Origin: Thermoleophilia bacterium
GTDB lineage: Bacteria; Actinomycetota; Thermoleophilia; UBA2241
Reading direction: 5' to 3'
Assembly (NCBI GenBank): GCA_040772045.1
Contig: JAXGYV010000001.1
Location: 69,577 to 133,576 of the forward strand
DNA length: 64,000 nucleotides
Part shown: positions 23,101-30,998 of the stretch, piece after piece
Layout of the letters: each line of letters starts with the position of its first letter
How positions within the stretch are numbered: the stretch's first letter is position 1
Notes under the pieces: generated by a model
Told to the model about the DNA's origin: nothing
Seen by the model: only the letters and a program-made list of their open reading frames with translations
The model's database searches: none
Position numbers and translations under genes: made by a program

Positions 23101-23632
23101 GCTGCAGGAGCTGGAGACCCTCATCACCGAGATGACCGGCCGTGTCGACGCCGGCTTCGCCGAGATGTTCGGGCTAGTGCAGGGTCACTTCTCGCACATG
23201 ATCGAGACGCTGTTCCCAGGCGGTCGCGGCATGCTGACGCTCACCGCTGGCGACGAGGGAGAAGAGGCCGGCATCGCCATGCAGGTCAAGCCGGGGCGCA
23301 AGCTCGGTAAGCGCCTGACGATGCTCTCGGGAGGAGAGCGCTCGCTGGCGGCGATCGCGTTCCTGATGTCGCTGATGCTGGCGCGGCCATCGCCCTTCTA
23401 CATCCTCGACGAGATCGAGGCGGCGCTGGACGATGTGAACATCGGGCGTTTGGTAGGGCTCGTGAGAGAGTACCGGACTAGGACGCAATTCATCATTATC
23501 ACGCATCAGAAGCGTACTATGGAGGCCGCGGACATCCTGTACGGCGTCACCATGGGCGAAGACGCCGTGTCACGTGTGGTGAGCGCGCGTATGGCTGAGG
23601 AAGAGATCGAGAGGCGTTCGGAGGCCGACTGA
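20141..23632 (+). CDS. smc: Chromosome segregation protein SMC
   Basis: 1163 aa; N-terminal RLRGFKSF...GPNGSGKSN Walker A, long Ala/Arg/Glu coiled coils, hinge, C-terminal LSGGE signature + Walker B; GTG immediately after the rnc stop. Confidence 0.95.
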   Translation: MYLRAIRLRGFKSFAKKTDLLLEPGVAVVIGPNGSGKSNLAEAVMWALGEQSPSSVRGASMQDVIFAGSDGRRAAGGAEVELTFDNSDGALPLPTPEISILRRVRRDGQSEYRINQAVCRLSDVVELMSAVGLGKELHSIIGQGRVESFLSSKPADRRAMVEEAAGLGRYKRRRERAVLKLRETQRNLERARDLEREVAMQISPLRRQASAAEQLRAAERELEEARGRLLAGELATLDARLAAYREQIAGCAAEGERLDAELVTLAEGRTAQEEELARALREREQRAMRALRARALVGRLEGCERLTEQRARLFEEVLRSAEAERDRLLTDLAAQSDQEDTWPQERLALQAALERASAEHTRTADRVAEARRVSAERRAEVSRAEAERYESVVRAARLVERRSALRAELGTLEREMRELETEASALESSLTAALTERTRLDEAEMTAVGELERAIAAEEEAARGLAAAEARRAERGADVAAASAEAAQLAAALSALQDVDEETAGVLARYPGVAGLADGLHCDEGYELALGAALSYRGSAVVVPGDVDRWTLLGALRAAGIRVARLVLPRGGAAAEDVAAAGLEPLLARVQGAQGRVRELLTSAYVADDLRAVPSTFEGIAVTRRGEYYRPASGELGVAAGLPAAVLLERRGRLAAVERRRTEAEGALQWAEEDARTARQVAEGRTGERMRREHEVEGARAAAARARRESNALQARAQEAASARARATRKSEAHLAELAGLDDEVEALERRAAEVLVAAQHAAGPLAEAEAAVVAAEEEHEHALSMLTRCRVELEQRAAAAERAAAEREARQAKARAAQERLQTLQKRLASVPQAVTAAAALRQAVHSLLAVASTAAERLEQADDRGLRVPDREGLRQMAVREAEIRRSADDARERRIAAQVEVARLEERRGDVVAAWERVAGRLEVAHFAPPADEDEAAALARAVERAERRIERIGPVNPLAEAECAELGERAAFLREQRRDMERSLQELETLITEMTGRVDAGFAEMFGLVQGHFSHMIETLFPGGRGMLTLTAGDEGEEAGIAMQVKPGRKLGKRLTMLSGGERSLAAIAFLMSLMLARPSPFYILDEIEAALDDVNIGRLVGLVREYRTRTQFIIITHQKRTMEAADILYGVTMGEDAVSRVVSARMAEEEIERRSEAD

Positions 23633-24631
23633 ATGGAATGGCACGAGGTATTCGTCGGAGTGGAGGGAGAGGCCTCTCCGGAGCTAGTAGCGGAAGAGAA
23701 TCAGGAGCGAGCTGGGCTGCTGGGCCGCTTGCGGTCTAATCTGGCCAAGGCGCGCACCACGCTGCGCGAGCGCCTGCGTGTGATCATGTTCAGCGGCCTC
23801 GACGAAGATCTCTGGGAACAGGTTGAGGAAGCGCTGCTCTCCGCCGACGTTGGCGTGGAGGCGACGGCGGACATCATCGCCGAACTCGAACGCCAAGCCG
23901 CCACCAAGGGGCTGGACTCCACGGAGGAGCTTATCGAGGAGGTGGCTCGAGTGATGGCCGACAAGCTGCGCCCGGCCGACCCTGCGGCGCAGCGCATCGA
24001 CGTCTCGGGGGCGCCGAGCGTTGTGCTGGTGGTTGGCGTGAACGGGACCGGCAAGACGACCACGGTCGGTAAGCTCGCCTACCGGCTCGCGCAGATGGGA
24101 AAGCGGCCGCTGATGGTCGCCGGCGATACCTTCCGCGCCGCCGCCGCCGAACAACTCACGGAATGGGCCAACCGGGTTGGCTGCGATATCGTCAAACACA
24201 CGTCTGGTGGTGACCCCGCGGCGGTCGTGTACGACGGTCTGGAGGCCGCGTTCTCGCGCGGCTCGGATGTGGTGCTCGTCGATACCGCTGGCCGATTGCA
24301 CACCCAGGTGAACCTCATGAACGAGCTCGCTAAGGTGCGACGGGTGGTGGAGCGGCAGGTGCCCGGAGCTCCACACGAGACACTTCTGGTGCTCGACGGC
24401 ACCACCGGCCAGAACGGCCTCCGGCAGGCCGAGGAGTTTCGGCAGGCTGTCAATGTGAGCGGCGTAGTGCTCACCAAACTCGACGGGACGGCGAAAGGCG
24501 GCATTGTGCTCGCCATCCACGAGCGGCTCGGCATTCCCGTAAAGCTGATCGGCGTGGGGGAGCGGCTGGAGGACCTGCGGCCATTCGACGCCGATCAGTT
24601 CGTCCGCGCCATCCTGTCCGCGGATGCGTGA
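23633..24631 (+). CDS. ftsY: Signal recognition particle receptor FtsY (short Gram-positive type)
   Basis: GVNGTGKTTT, DTAGR, TKLDG SRP-GTPase motifs; ATG directly after the smc stop. Confidence 0.95.
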   Translation: MEWHEVFVGVEGEASPELVAEENQERAGLLGRLRSNLAKARTTLRERLRVIMFSGLDEDLWEQVEEALLSADVGVEATADIIAELERQAATKGLDSTEELIEEVARVMADKLRPADPAAQRIDVSGAPSVVLVVGVNGTGKTTTVGKLAYRLAQMGKRPLMVAGDTFRAAAAEQLTEWANRVGCDIVKHTSGGDPAAVVYDGLEAAFSRGSDVVLVDTAGRLHTQVNLMNELAKVRRVVERQVPGAPHETLLVLDGTTGQNGLRQAEEFRQAVNVSGVVLTKLDGTAKGGIVLAIHERLGIPVKLIGVGERLEDLRPFDADQFVRAILSADA

Positions 24632-24741
24632 GCTCCGCGAGTCTCAGTCTCCGCTGGCGGCACGGCCCGGATGCGGTGGCGGACACGTGGCGTGCGGTGC
24701 GGGGCAGAGAGTCTCGTGTGTGACCTGGTAGCATAGGGCAT

Positions 24742-26070
24742 ATGTTCGACGCACTTTCAGAGCGACTCCAGGGTGTGCTGAGTGGCCTGCGCGGCCGTGG
24801 CACGCTGAACGAACGCGACATCGATGCCGCCATGCGGGAGATCCGCCTGGCGTTGCTCGAGGCGGACGTGAACTTCAAGGTGGTGCGCGAGTTCGTCGCG
24901 CACGTAAAGCAGCGTGCGCTCGGCGCGAACGTCCTGGAGAGCCTCACCCCTGGCCAGCAGGTGGTGAAGATCGTCCACGAGGAACTCACCGCGCTGATGG
25001 GCTCCACAGATTCGCGGCTGGTGTTCAGCGGCCGCTCGCCGACGGTCGTGCTGCTGGCCGGCCTACAGGGTTCAGGGAAGACCACCGCCGCGGCCAAGTT
25101 GGCGCAGCTGCTTCGCAAAGAGGGCAAGGCGCCGGTCCTCATCGCCGCGGATGTCTATCGGCCGGCCGCTATCGAGCAGCTCGTCACGCTGGCCAACCGG
25201 ATTCAGGTACCGGTGTATGCACCTGGAGCGCAGGTGGACCCCATTCGCATCGCCGTGGACGGTGTAGAGATGGCTCGTCAAAAGGGCGATGTAGCCATCA
25301 TCGACACTGCCGGGCGCTTGCACATCGACGAGGCGCTCATGGAGGAGCTGGCGGGCATCCGCAGCGCCGTCAAGCCGCACAATATCCTGCTGGTGGTCGA
25401 TGCGATGACCGGGCAGGACGCGGTCACGGCCGCCGAGCAGTTCAAGGAGCGCGTCGACCTCGACGGAGTGATCCTTACCAAGCTCGACGGCGACGCGCGC
25501 GGCGGCGCGGCACTCAGCGTGCGCGCGGTCACCGGCAAGCCCATCAAGTTCGTGTCCAACGGCGAGAAGCTCGGCGATTTCGACGTATTCCATCCCGACC
25601 GCATGGCCTCTCGCATCCTCGGCATGGGCGATGTGCTCACGCTGATCGAGAAAGCCGAGCAGGCGGTAGATGCCAAGCATGCCGCCGAGATGGAGGCCAA
25701 GCTTCGCAAGGCGAGCTTCACCCTCGAGGATTTCCTCGTTCAACTCAAGCAAGTGCGCAAGATGGGGCCGCTCTCGGGCCTGGTCGGCATGCTGCCGGGC
25801 ATGCCAGGGATGAAGCAGTTGAAGAACGTGCAAGTGGACGAGCGCCAGCTGGACCGCGTCGAGGCGCTCGTCCTCTCCATGACTCCGGAGGAGCGCCGGC
25901 GGCCGGAGATCATCGACGGGAGCCGGCGCCAGCGCATCGCCCGCGGCGCCGGCATGCAGGTGCAAGACGTCAATCAGCTGCTCAAGCAGTTTCGCGAGAT
26001 GCAGCGGATGCTCAAGCGGTTCGCCGGGGCGAAGCCTGGGCGGTTTGGCTTTCCCGGCATCGGCGGGTAA
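24742..26070 (+). CDS. ffh: Signal recognition particle protein Ffh
   Basis: N domain, GLQGSGKTT G-domain, Met-rich M domain (GMLPGMPGM). Confidence 0.95.
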   Translation: MFDALSERLQGVLSGLRGRGTLNERDIDAAMREIRLALLEADVNFKVVREFVAHVKQRALGANVLESLTPGQQVVKIVHEELTALMGSTDSRLVFSGRSPTVVLLAGLQGSGKTTAAAKLAQLLRKEGKAPVLIAADVYRPAAIEQLVTLANRIQVPVYAPGAQVDPIRIAVDGVEMARQKGDVAIIDTAGRLHIDEALMEELAGIRSAVKPHNILLVVDAMTGQDAVTAAEQFKERVDLDGVILTKLDGDARGGAALSVRAVTGKPIKFVSNGEKLGDFDVFHPDRMASRILGMGDVLTLIEKAEQAVDAKHAAEMEAKLRKASFTLEDFLVQLKQVRKMGPLSGLVGMLPGMPGMKQLKNVQVDERQLDRVEALVLSMTPEERRRPEIIDGSRRQRIARGAGMQVQDVNQLLKQFREMQRMLKRFAGAKPGRFGFPGIGG

Positions 26071-26200
26071 ACTTGCGCCCCATGCGTGCCGGCCAGAGCG
26101 GTGTGAAGCTGACACGGCCGAGGATTCCAGTACGTGACTATCCCACTGCACGTGGTACGTGCCGCGGCAGCCGAGGCACCCGAGGGGGTGAACGCAAACA

Positions 26201-26446
26201 GTGGCAGTGAAGATGAGATTGAGCCGAGTGGGGAGTGCCAAGAACCCCATCTACCGCATCGTCGTGGCGGACTCCCGGTCTCCACGCGACGGTCGGCTGA
26301 TCGAGAACATCGGACAATACAACCCACGGGTCGAGCCGTCGACTATCGATCTCGACGTCGAGAAGGCCAGCGACTGGCTCAGGAAGGGCGCACAGCCCAC
26401 GCGGACCGTCAAGCGGCTCCTCTCCATAAAGGGGATCAAAGTCTGA
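26201..26446 (+). CDS. rpsP: 30S ribosomal protein S16
   Basis: [26 protein letters not shown]. Confidence 0.95.
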   Translation: MAVKMRLSRVGSAKNPIYRIVVADSRSPRDGRLIENIGQYNPRVEPSTIDLDVEKASDWLRKGAQPTRTVKRLLSIKGIKV

Positions 26447-26463
26447 GGCGGCGCATCTCGTAA

Positions 26464-26715
26464 GTGGGAGAGGCGGAGGGAATGCTGAAAGAACTGCTCG
26501 AGTACCTCGCCAAGTCGCTCGTCGATAGCCCCGAGGCCGTGCACGTGGAGGTCGTGGAAACCGAAAGCACGGTTGTCCTCGAACTCACAGTGGCCAAAGA
26601 AGACGTGGGCAAGGTGATCGGCAAACAAGGACGCATCGCACGGGCCCTGCGGACCATCGTCAAGGCGAGCGCCGTGCGCGATGGTAAGCGGGCGATCGTG
26701 GAGATCCTGGACTGA
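26464..26715 (+). CDS. KH-domain RNA-binding protein (YlqC/UPF0109 family)
   Basis: VIGKQGRIARALRTIV KH GxxG motif; conserved position between rpsP and rimM. Confidence 0.8.
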   Translation: MGEAEGMLKELLEYLAKSLVDSPEAVHVEVVETESTVVLELTVAKEDVGKVIGKQGRIARALRTIVKASAVRDGKRAIVEILD

Positions 26716-26735
26716 GAACGGAGTGGCGGCCAGCC

Positions 26736-27245
26736 ATGGCATCCGTGGTTTGGCCGTGTGGCAGACTCGGTCGTCCCCACGGCCTTAGCGGAGAGATGTA
26801 CCTCGAAGTGCTGCCGCACGGCCTCGAGTATCTCGAGCGTGGCGAGCGCTTCAGCATCTGTAACGAGGCCGCGGGAGAGCCACAACCCGTCGTGGTGCGC
26901 CGCGTCGGCGGACAGGATACGCGCCCGCTGCTCCGGCTGGAGGGCGTTGCCAGTCGCGAACAGGCGGCGGTGTACGCGGGTTGGATCCTGCTCGCGGCGG
27001 GAGGTGCCCTCGACGAGATCGCTGCTTGGCGTGTGGGCGACCTCATTGGACTGCGTGCCTGCAGCGGCTGTCGCGACCTCGGCGTGGTTAGCGACGTGCT
27101 GCAGTCGCCGAGCGCGGACATCCTGCAGATCACGCGGGCTGGCGCTCCGCCGGTGCTGGTCCCTCTGGCGAATGAACTGGTGAGCGTGGATCTGCCGTCG
27201 GGGGTTGTTCGCGTACGCGAAGGCCTCCTGGAGGAAGAGCCGTGA
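26736..27245 (+). CDS. rimM: 16S rRNA processing protein RimM
   Basis: GRLGRPHGLSGE N-terminus, PRC-barrel C-terminus. Confidence 0.9.
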   Translation: MASVVWPCGRLGRPHGLSGEMYLEVLPHGLEYLERGERFSICNEAAGEPQPVVVRRVGGQDTRPLLRLEGVASREQAAVYAGWILLAAGGALDEIAAWRVGDLIGLRACSGCRDLGVVSDVLQSPSADILQITRAGAPPVLVPLANELVSVDLPSGVVRVREGLLEEEP

Positions 27246-27943
27246 GGCTGGATATCTTCACGCTGTTCCCGCACGCCTTCGACTGGTTTCTGGAACAGGT
27301 TCATGTGCGACGGGCTATCGACCGAGGCTTACGAGTGCGGCTGTGCAACTACCGCGACTACACGCCGTTGCCGGCTGGGCAGGTGGACGATGCACCGTAC
27401 GGCGGCGGTGCCGGCATGGTGGTGCGCATCGATGTGGTCTGCACGGCGCTGGAGGCGGTGTATGGCGAGGATTGCACGTCGTTGAAGAACCATCTGCGCG
27501 TCATCGAGCTCACGCCGAAGGGCCGTCAGTTCGACGACGCCTTCGCCTGTGAGCTGGCCGGGGACGATGTGTGCCTGCTGTGCGGTCGCTACGAGGGTAT
27601 CGACGAGCGCATCGCCCATCTGGTATCGGATCGCATCTCCATCGGTCCCTACGTGCTCAGTGGGGGCGAGGTGGCCGCTATGGCCGTCGCCGACGCCATG
27701 CTCCGCAAGGTGGAGGGGGCGGTGAGCAATCCCGAGAGCGTGCGGGCGGAATCGCATTCCGACGAGCTCGCCGGTGGCACCGAGTATCCACACTATACGC
27801 GCCCGGCCGAGTTCCGCGGGTGGGCGGTGCCACCCGTGCTGCTCAGCGGCGATCACGCGGCCATCGCCGCTTGGCGTGCCCAGCATGTAGGCGACTGCAC
27901 GCCGAGGTCGCCGGAAGGGGACGGCGCCGCGACGCGGACGTAA
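27242..27943 (+). CDS. trmD: tRNA (guanine37-N1)-methyltransferase
   Basis: RLDIFTLFP...[17 protein letters not shown]-fold motifs; GTG overlapping the rimM stop. Confidence 0.95.
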   Translation: MRLDIFTLFPHAFDWFLEQVHVRRAIDRGLRVRLCNYRDYTPLPAGQVDDAPYGGGAGMVVRIDVVCTALEAVYGEDCTSLKNHLRVIELTPKGRQFDDAFACELAGDDVCLLCGRYEGIDERIAHLVSDRISIGPYVLSGGEVAAMAVADAMLRKVEGAVSNPESVRAESHSDELAGGTEYPHYTRPAEFRGWAVPPVLLSGDHAAIAAWRAQHVGDCTPRSPEGDGAATRT

Positions 27944-28092
27944 AGTCGTGGGCGAGGCCAGACCGGCGGCCCTGCTGTGGGATGGAAGGGGTTGTGACGT
28001 GCTCGGCGAGTGGTCGGTTGGAAGCGGCGGCTTTGCGACGACGGTGTCCGTCTGCTAAAGTACCCGCCGCACTTGGCTTGGAAAGAGGTCCC

Positions 28093-28437
28093 GTGGGCAT
28101 CATCGAGAACATCGAACGCGAACAGCTGCGCGCCGACATTCCGGTCTTCAAAGCCGGCGACACCGTCAAGGTGCATTTCAAGGTCATCGAAGGCAATCGT
28201 CAGCGTACGCAGGTCTATCAGGGCATCGTGATCAAACGGCAGGGCGCTGGCGTACGCGAAACATTCACCGTTCGCAAGCAGTCGTTTGGTGTTGGCGTCG
28301 AGCGTACCTTCCCGCTCCATTCGCCGAAGATCGAGAAGATCGACGTCATCACCATCGGCGATGTTCGTCGCGCAAAGCTGTACTACCTGCGCCAGAAGGT
28401 CGGTAAGCAGGCGCGGGTGCGCGAGAAGCAACGCTAG
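28093..28437 (+). CDS. rplS: 50S ribosomal protein L19
   Basis: [15 protein letters not shown]...TFTVRK...[11 protein letters not shown]; GTG start inside a longer spurious ORF. Confidence 0.9.
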   Translation: MGIIENIEREQLRADIPVFKAGDTVKVHFKVIEGNRQRTQVYQGIVIKRQGAGVRETFTVRKQSFGVGVERTFPLHSPKIEKIDVITIGDVRRAKLYYLRQKVGKQARVREKQR

Positions 28438-28445
28438 CGCTGCTC

Positions 28446-29072
28446 GTGCCCTTCGGGCAGGCAGACTCCTCTTCGTCATCCGCACCGCCGGAGTCATCTG
28501 AGGCTGCAGCTGCCGCACGCGCCGCGCGTCGCCGCCGGCTCCTTATCGAGTACCTGATTATCGCCGTGCTGGCGGTGGGGCTCGCGCTCCTCGTGCAGGC
28601 CTATGTGGTGAAGCCCTACAGGATCCCGAGCCCATCGATGGAGACCACGCTCCAACCGGGCGATCGCGTCTTCGTGAACCGTTTCGTCTATCATTTTCGA
28701 GATGTCCGTCGTGGCGACATCGTCGTGTTCCACGCACCCGGCAGCGGTGCAGTGCTCATTAAACGCGTGGTTGGTCTGCCCGGAGATACCATCACGCTGC
28801 GCGATGGCCGTGTACTGGTCAACGATCACCCACTCGACGAACCCTATGTGCGCAGGCTGGACGGCCGGGTCGCCGCGACAGAGCCCTTCCCCACAGGGGA
28901 ACCTTGGTCGCTGGCGGCTCCTTATACGGTGCCGACCGACAGCTACTTCATGATGGGTGACAACCGTGAGAATAGCGGCGATAGCAGGGAGTTCGGCCCG
29001 GTGCCGCGAGACAGCATCATCGGCGACGCGTTTTTCATCTACTGGCCGATGAAGCGTATCAGCGTCCTCTAG
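28446..29072 (+). CDS. lepB: Signal peptidase I
   Basis: N-terminal TM segment, SPSMETTL catalytic Ser box, KRVVGLPGD Lys box, GDNRENSGDSR box. Confidence 0.9.
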   Translation: MPFGQADSSSSSAPPESSEAAAAARAARRRRLLIEYLIIAVLAVGLALLVQAYVVKPYRIPSPSMETTLQPGDRVFVNRFVYHFRDVRRGDIVVFHAPGSGAVLIKRVVGLPGDTITLRDGRVLVNDHPLDEPYVRRLDGRVAATEPFPTGEPWSLAAPYTVPTDSYFMMGDNRENSGDSREFGPVPRDSIIGDAFFIYWPMKRISVL

Positions 29073-29093
29073 TGCCATGACGGGGCGTTCGGG

Positions 29094-29816
29094 GTGAAGC
29101 GCCGACCGGATCCTGGAGAGCTTTCCCCACTCTTCCGCTTCGACCTGGAGGCCGCTCATGCGGCTGGTGTGTCCCCGCTGGTCGCGGGAGTCGACGAGGC
29201 TGGCCGGGGCGCCCTCGCGGGACCGCTAGTAGCCGCCGCCGTCGCTTTCGACTACGCGTGCTGGACGGCCGAGGACTACGCCGCGCTGGCCGGCCTCGAC
29301 GACTCCAAACGACTGCGGGCTGTAGAACGTGTGCAGCTCTTGGGAGAGATCATTCCTCGGGCGGCGCAGGTGACGGTGGTCAGCTGCGCCGCCGCCAGCA
29401 TCGACGAGCGTGGTCTGCACCGCTGCAATCTCCAGGCTCTCGGGGAGGCCCTCGTGGCGTTGCGACCCTCCCCGGTTGTGGTGCACGTCGACGGATTTGC
29501 CCTGCGGGAATGCCCGCTCGCGCATCGCCCGGTGGTGCGCGGCGATGCGCGCTCGGCGGCCGTGGCCGCGGCGTCAATCGTGGCTAAGGTGACGCGAGAC
29601 GCGGTCATGCGCGGGTTGCACGAAATTCACGCGGCATGGGGGTTCGCGACGCACGTAGGCTACGCGACGCCGGACCATCACCGGGCGATCCTGCAGTATG
29701 GCCTCTGCGCGCAGCATCGGCGCTCTTTCGCGAGCGTCGCCTATCGGCAGCTCGAATTGAAGTGGGCGGGCGACGGGGCGCAATCCGCCGAGCCAGTGCC
29801 CGACGCCATCTCCTGA
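29094..29816 (+). CDS. rnhB: Ribonuclease HII
   Basis: GVDEAGRGALAGPLV catalytic motif, DDSKRL. Confidence 0.9.
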   Translation: MKRRPDPGELSPLFRFDLEAAHAAGVSPLVAGVDEAGRGALAGPLVAAAVAFDYACWTAEDYAALAGLDDSKRLRAVERVQLLGEIIPRAAQVTVVSCAAASIDERGLHRCNLQALGEALVALRPSPVVVHVDGFALRECPLAHRPVVRGDARSAAVAAASIVAKVTRDAVMRGLHEIHAAWGFATHVGYATPDHHRAILQYGLCAQHRRSFASVAYRQLELKWAGDGAQSAEPVPDAIS

Positions 29817-29866
29817 GAGAAGCTTGCCCACTTTGCCCGCGGCGTCCGCCGCTGGGTACGCCGCCG

Positions 29867-29910
29867 GGCGCTGCGCGACGCGCTCTCAGGGGTGCGCGTC
29901 GCGCAGCGCC
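29867..29910. terminator. Perfect 17-bp inverted repeat (ggcgctgcgcgacgcgc / gcgcgtcgcgcagcgcc) with a 10-nt loop containing the aminotransferase stop codon; likely bidirectional terminator for the convergent rnhB and minus-strand operon
   Basis: Seen directly; left arm 29867-29883, loop 29884-29893, right arm 29894-29910. Confidence 0.55.
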
Positions 29911-30998
29911 GCCGATATGGCCGACAGCCCCTCGCGGAGCTCCGCGAGAGTGGGCCAACCATATCCCACGCGCATGTACCGTCGCGGTTGTTCGAACCAG
30001 TGGCCGGGGCCAACGTACGTGCCGTACTTATGGAGCAATACGCTGTAGAAAAGGTCCAGGTCGACCGGCACCTCAGGCTTGATGCGCGGGAAACAGACTA
30101 CGCCACCCTGTGGCTGGATCCACTCCATGAGATCCTCTGTCGCCATCCATTTGGCAACCACGGTGAGGGCTTCGGCGATGCGGTGCCGAATCTCGGGTAA
30201 CCACGTGGCCCGTTGTGAGAACACCTGGAAGGCGATCTCCTCGTCCACGACGCTGTTGCAGATGCCGATCTGCTCTTTGGCGGCGAGGAAGGTGGAGAGC
30301 AGCTCGCTGTCGGAGCAGACCGCCCACCCCATGCGGATACCCGGGATGCCATAGGTTTTGGAGAGCGACGAGACGCTGATGACGCGTTCGCTGAGAGTGG
30401 CCGCTACGGGGAGGCATGCTCCGTAGGTCATCTCCCTGTACGTTTCGTCTACCAGCAGCCGGCAGCCGGCGCGCTCGACGCCGCGTACCAGTGTCTCCAG
30501 CTCGGCGGGGGTCATCACTTGTCCGGTCGGGTTGTGCGGGACGGTGACGCTGACGCAACGCGTGGTAGGGCGGATCATGTGGAGCAGGCGCTCGACGTCC
30601 AACCGGAAGCCGTCTTCGAAGCGCAAGTCGTAGTACGTGCTGTCGACGCCGATGGCCCGCGGGACCTCGATGTTGGTGGCGTAGTTGGGCCGTACCACCA
30701 CCAGGTGATCGCCGGGTTCCAGGAGCGCCGTGGCGATAATGAAGAGAGCGTGGGCGGCCCCAGCGCATACCAGCACGTGGTCGGCGGTGATGCCGGCGCC
30801 GCTCTGCGCGGCGATCAGCTCGCGGAAGCTTGGGTGCCCCGCGTGATCGCCGTAGAACAGCACCAGGTTGGGGAGCTGCACGCCGATCTCCGCCAGAGAG
30901 CGATCGCGCACCGAACTCTCCGAGAGATTGAAGGTGATGGCGCCATATCCGAGCTGTTCGGGGGACTCTTCCTCCATCGGCATCCGTACGTACTTCAC
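29886..30998 (-). CDS. Class I/II PLP-dependent aminotransferase
   Basis: 370 aa; SLSKTYGIPGIRMGW PLP-lysine motif, fold-type I aminotransferase architecture; ATG overlaps the upstream ATPase stop (ATGA). Confidence 0.8.
   Translation of the reverse strand: MKYVRMPMEEESPEQLGYGAITFNLSESSVRDRSLAEIGVQLPNLVLFYGDHAGHPSFRELIAAQSGAGITADHVLVCAGAAHALFIIATALLEPGDHLVVVRPNYATNIEVPRAIGVDSTYYDLRFEDGFRLDVERLLHMIRPTTRCVSVTVPHNPTGQVMTPAELETLVRGVERAGCRLLVDETYREMTYGACLPVAATLSERVISVSSLSKTYGIPGIRMGWAVCSDSELLSTFLAAKEQIGICNSVVDEEIAFQVFSQRATWLPEIRHRIAEALTVVAKWMATEDLMEWIQPQGGVVCFPRIKPEVPVDLDLFYSVLLHKYGTYVGPGHWFEQPRRYMRVGYGWPTLAELREGLSAISAALRDAHP

Noticed and set aside
29900-29920. Sigma-28-type -10 element (GCCGATAT) on the plus strand
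   Set aside because: It lies inside the terminator hairpin and aminotransferase coding region, with no TAAA -35 element at the required spacing, so it is a chance match.
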